Assembly: GCA_000708835.1 (NCBI GenBank)
Contig: DF237765.1
Span: forward strand, 1 to 32,100
Source: Klebsormidium nitens
Taxonomy: Eukaryota; Plantae; Klebsormidiophyceae
Reading direction: 5' to 3'
DNA: 32,100 nt
Shown: in pieces, positions 31,192 to 32,100 of the stretch
How the letters are laid out: each line of letters starts with the position of its first letter
How positions within the stretch are numbered: the stretch's first letter is position 1
Program-made: the position numbers and the translations under genes
Notes under the pieces: model-generated
Told to the model about the DNA's origin: nothing
Database searches by the model: none
Seen by the model: only the letters and a program-made list of their open reading frames with translations

Positions 31192-31371
31192 GCAACCGGG
31201 CAGAAGGAGAAGGCTCGGAGTAAGGGGTCGGCCGATAGACTTAGAGGCTTGAGATCGAGCCGAAAGGCAGTTCCAAGGGGCCCGGGAAACTCGGACCGAG
31301 GAGGAGGGTGGAGCTACCGGGGACAGCGAGGTGTCGGTGACTTAGAGGAATGCGCTGCCTCAGGATAGTGA
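31192..31371 (+). repeat. Dispersed repeat, copy 2 (homologous to 201-395)
   Basis: See copy 1. It is interrupted on the left by the MITE and ends just before the AT-rich units on the right. Confidence 0.9.
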
Positions 31372-31394
31372 CATATTCACGTTATATTTAACCG

Positions 31395-31757
31395 CAAGGA
31401 CTTATGTATGTATGTATTTCGTAATTTGAGATCGATCCAAAAACTTTATATACTAAAGTTTTGCACTTTCCTCTTACTTTTTTGTACGAGGAAAATGCAT
31501 TTGCGTTCGTAGCACGGCTTTTTGGAGAGAAGGCAGACTAGCAAATACATACATACCTAAATGATTGGAGTTAGGTATGTATGTATTTCATAACTTGAGG
31601 ACGAGCCAAAAACCTTGTATACTAAACTTTTGCATTTTCCTCTTACTTTTTTGTAAGAGGAAAATGCATTTGCGTTTGTAGTACGACTTTTCTGAGAGAA
31701 GGCAAATTAGAAAATACATACATACATTATAAGCTTAGGGACTTGAGGCATGGGCCA
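31395..31757 (+). repeat. Two more AT-rich ~170-bp units plus a shared 30-bp tail (direct copy of the 25571-25921 type)
   Basis: Units start at ~31403 and 31575. Tail TATAAGCTTAGGGACT(C/T)GAGGCATGGGCCA at 25892-25921 and 31728-31757. Leader GCAAGGACTTATGTATGTATGTATTTC occurs at both loci. Confidence 0.9.
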
Positions 31758-31873
31758 CCCTTTCACCCTTTACCGCCCTCAGTCTGGCACTGCCCGGCTA
31801 TGGGAAAGGCCCTAACACCAGGCACTCGAGGCCTTTTCGACCGCGGTCGGTCTATCTGCAACCCCTCCGGTCC

Positions 31874-32002
31874 GGGGGGGCTGACGTGGTGGCCTCTGAG
31901 TGGCCCAATTTTAATGCCGAACTTCAAATGGCTTGCTGCAGCAAGGCAAATGAAGTTCGGCATTAAAATTGGGCCACTCACAGGGCGCCATGTCAGCCCC
32001 CC
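31874..32002. repeat. ~130-bp near-perfect palindrome
   Basis: Arms 31874-31926 and 31951-32002 include an exact TGAGTGGCCCAATTTTAATGCCGAACTTCA dyad. The centre CTTGCTGCAGCAAG is itself a perfect palindrome. Confidence 0.95.
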
Positions 32003-32100
32003 TCGGCGGTCCGGCCAGACCGGGGAATTTTAGGGTTTGGTGGCGTCGGTCTGGCCCCATGGAACATACTCGAACCGCCGGGCAGTGTCCAGGTGTCCGA

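Overview
Eukaryotic nuclear DNA: spliceosomal GT-AG and GC-AG introns, no prokaryotic operon signals, three N gaps. A green or streptophyte algal host such as Klebsormidium is only an inference. The window is almost entirely mobile or accessory DNA. (1) 1.1-5.3 kb is a damaged, intron-containing KDZ (Kyakuja-Dileera-Zisupton) transposase with SWIM and CxC domains. (2) 5.37-11.04 kb is a compact, intronless module with no recognisable capsid gene. It holds an iteron-rich origin-like region (12 exact TGATAC/GTATCA hexamers, with the central set flanking an AT-rich core), a Prim-Pol + UL52-type Zn finger + D5/SF3 helicase gene, a small Cys/basic protein and a virophage/Polinton-like-virus-type tyrosine recombinase. 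(3) 12.1-13.8 kb holds an orphan ORF and a spliced Zn-finger/J-domain-like gene. (4) 14.7-23.9 kb is a second, paralogous Prim-Pol-ZnF-D5 gene that the ORF track fragments. It reconstructs into 12 phase-consistent exons (~1218 aa, two 1-nt lesions). It carries a 2A/StopGo-like peptide (ALLATLLMIGCVESNPG|P) that is assembled by splicing, and six of its introns plus its 3' flank hold TGACGTCAGC + paired TGGACA iteron-like modules. (5) 25.6-31.8 kb is an intact 6-exon Crinkler/RHS-type REase gene bracketed by AT-rich ~170-bp repeat units, followed by a TA-flanked MITE, a relic shared with the window start and a ~130-bp palindrome. The best candidate for an undescribed system is a family of eukaryote-resident primase-helicase replicons, each with its own hexamer iteron. 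One member is compact with a tyrosine recombinase, and the other is intron-rich and 2A-containing.
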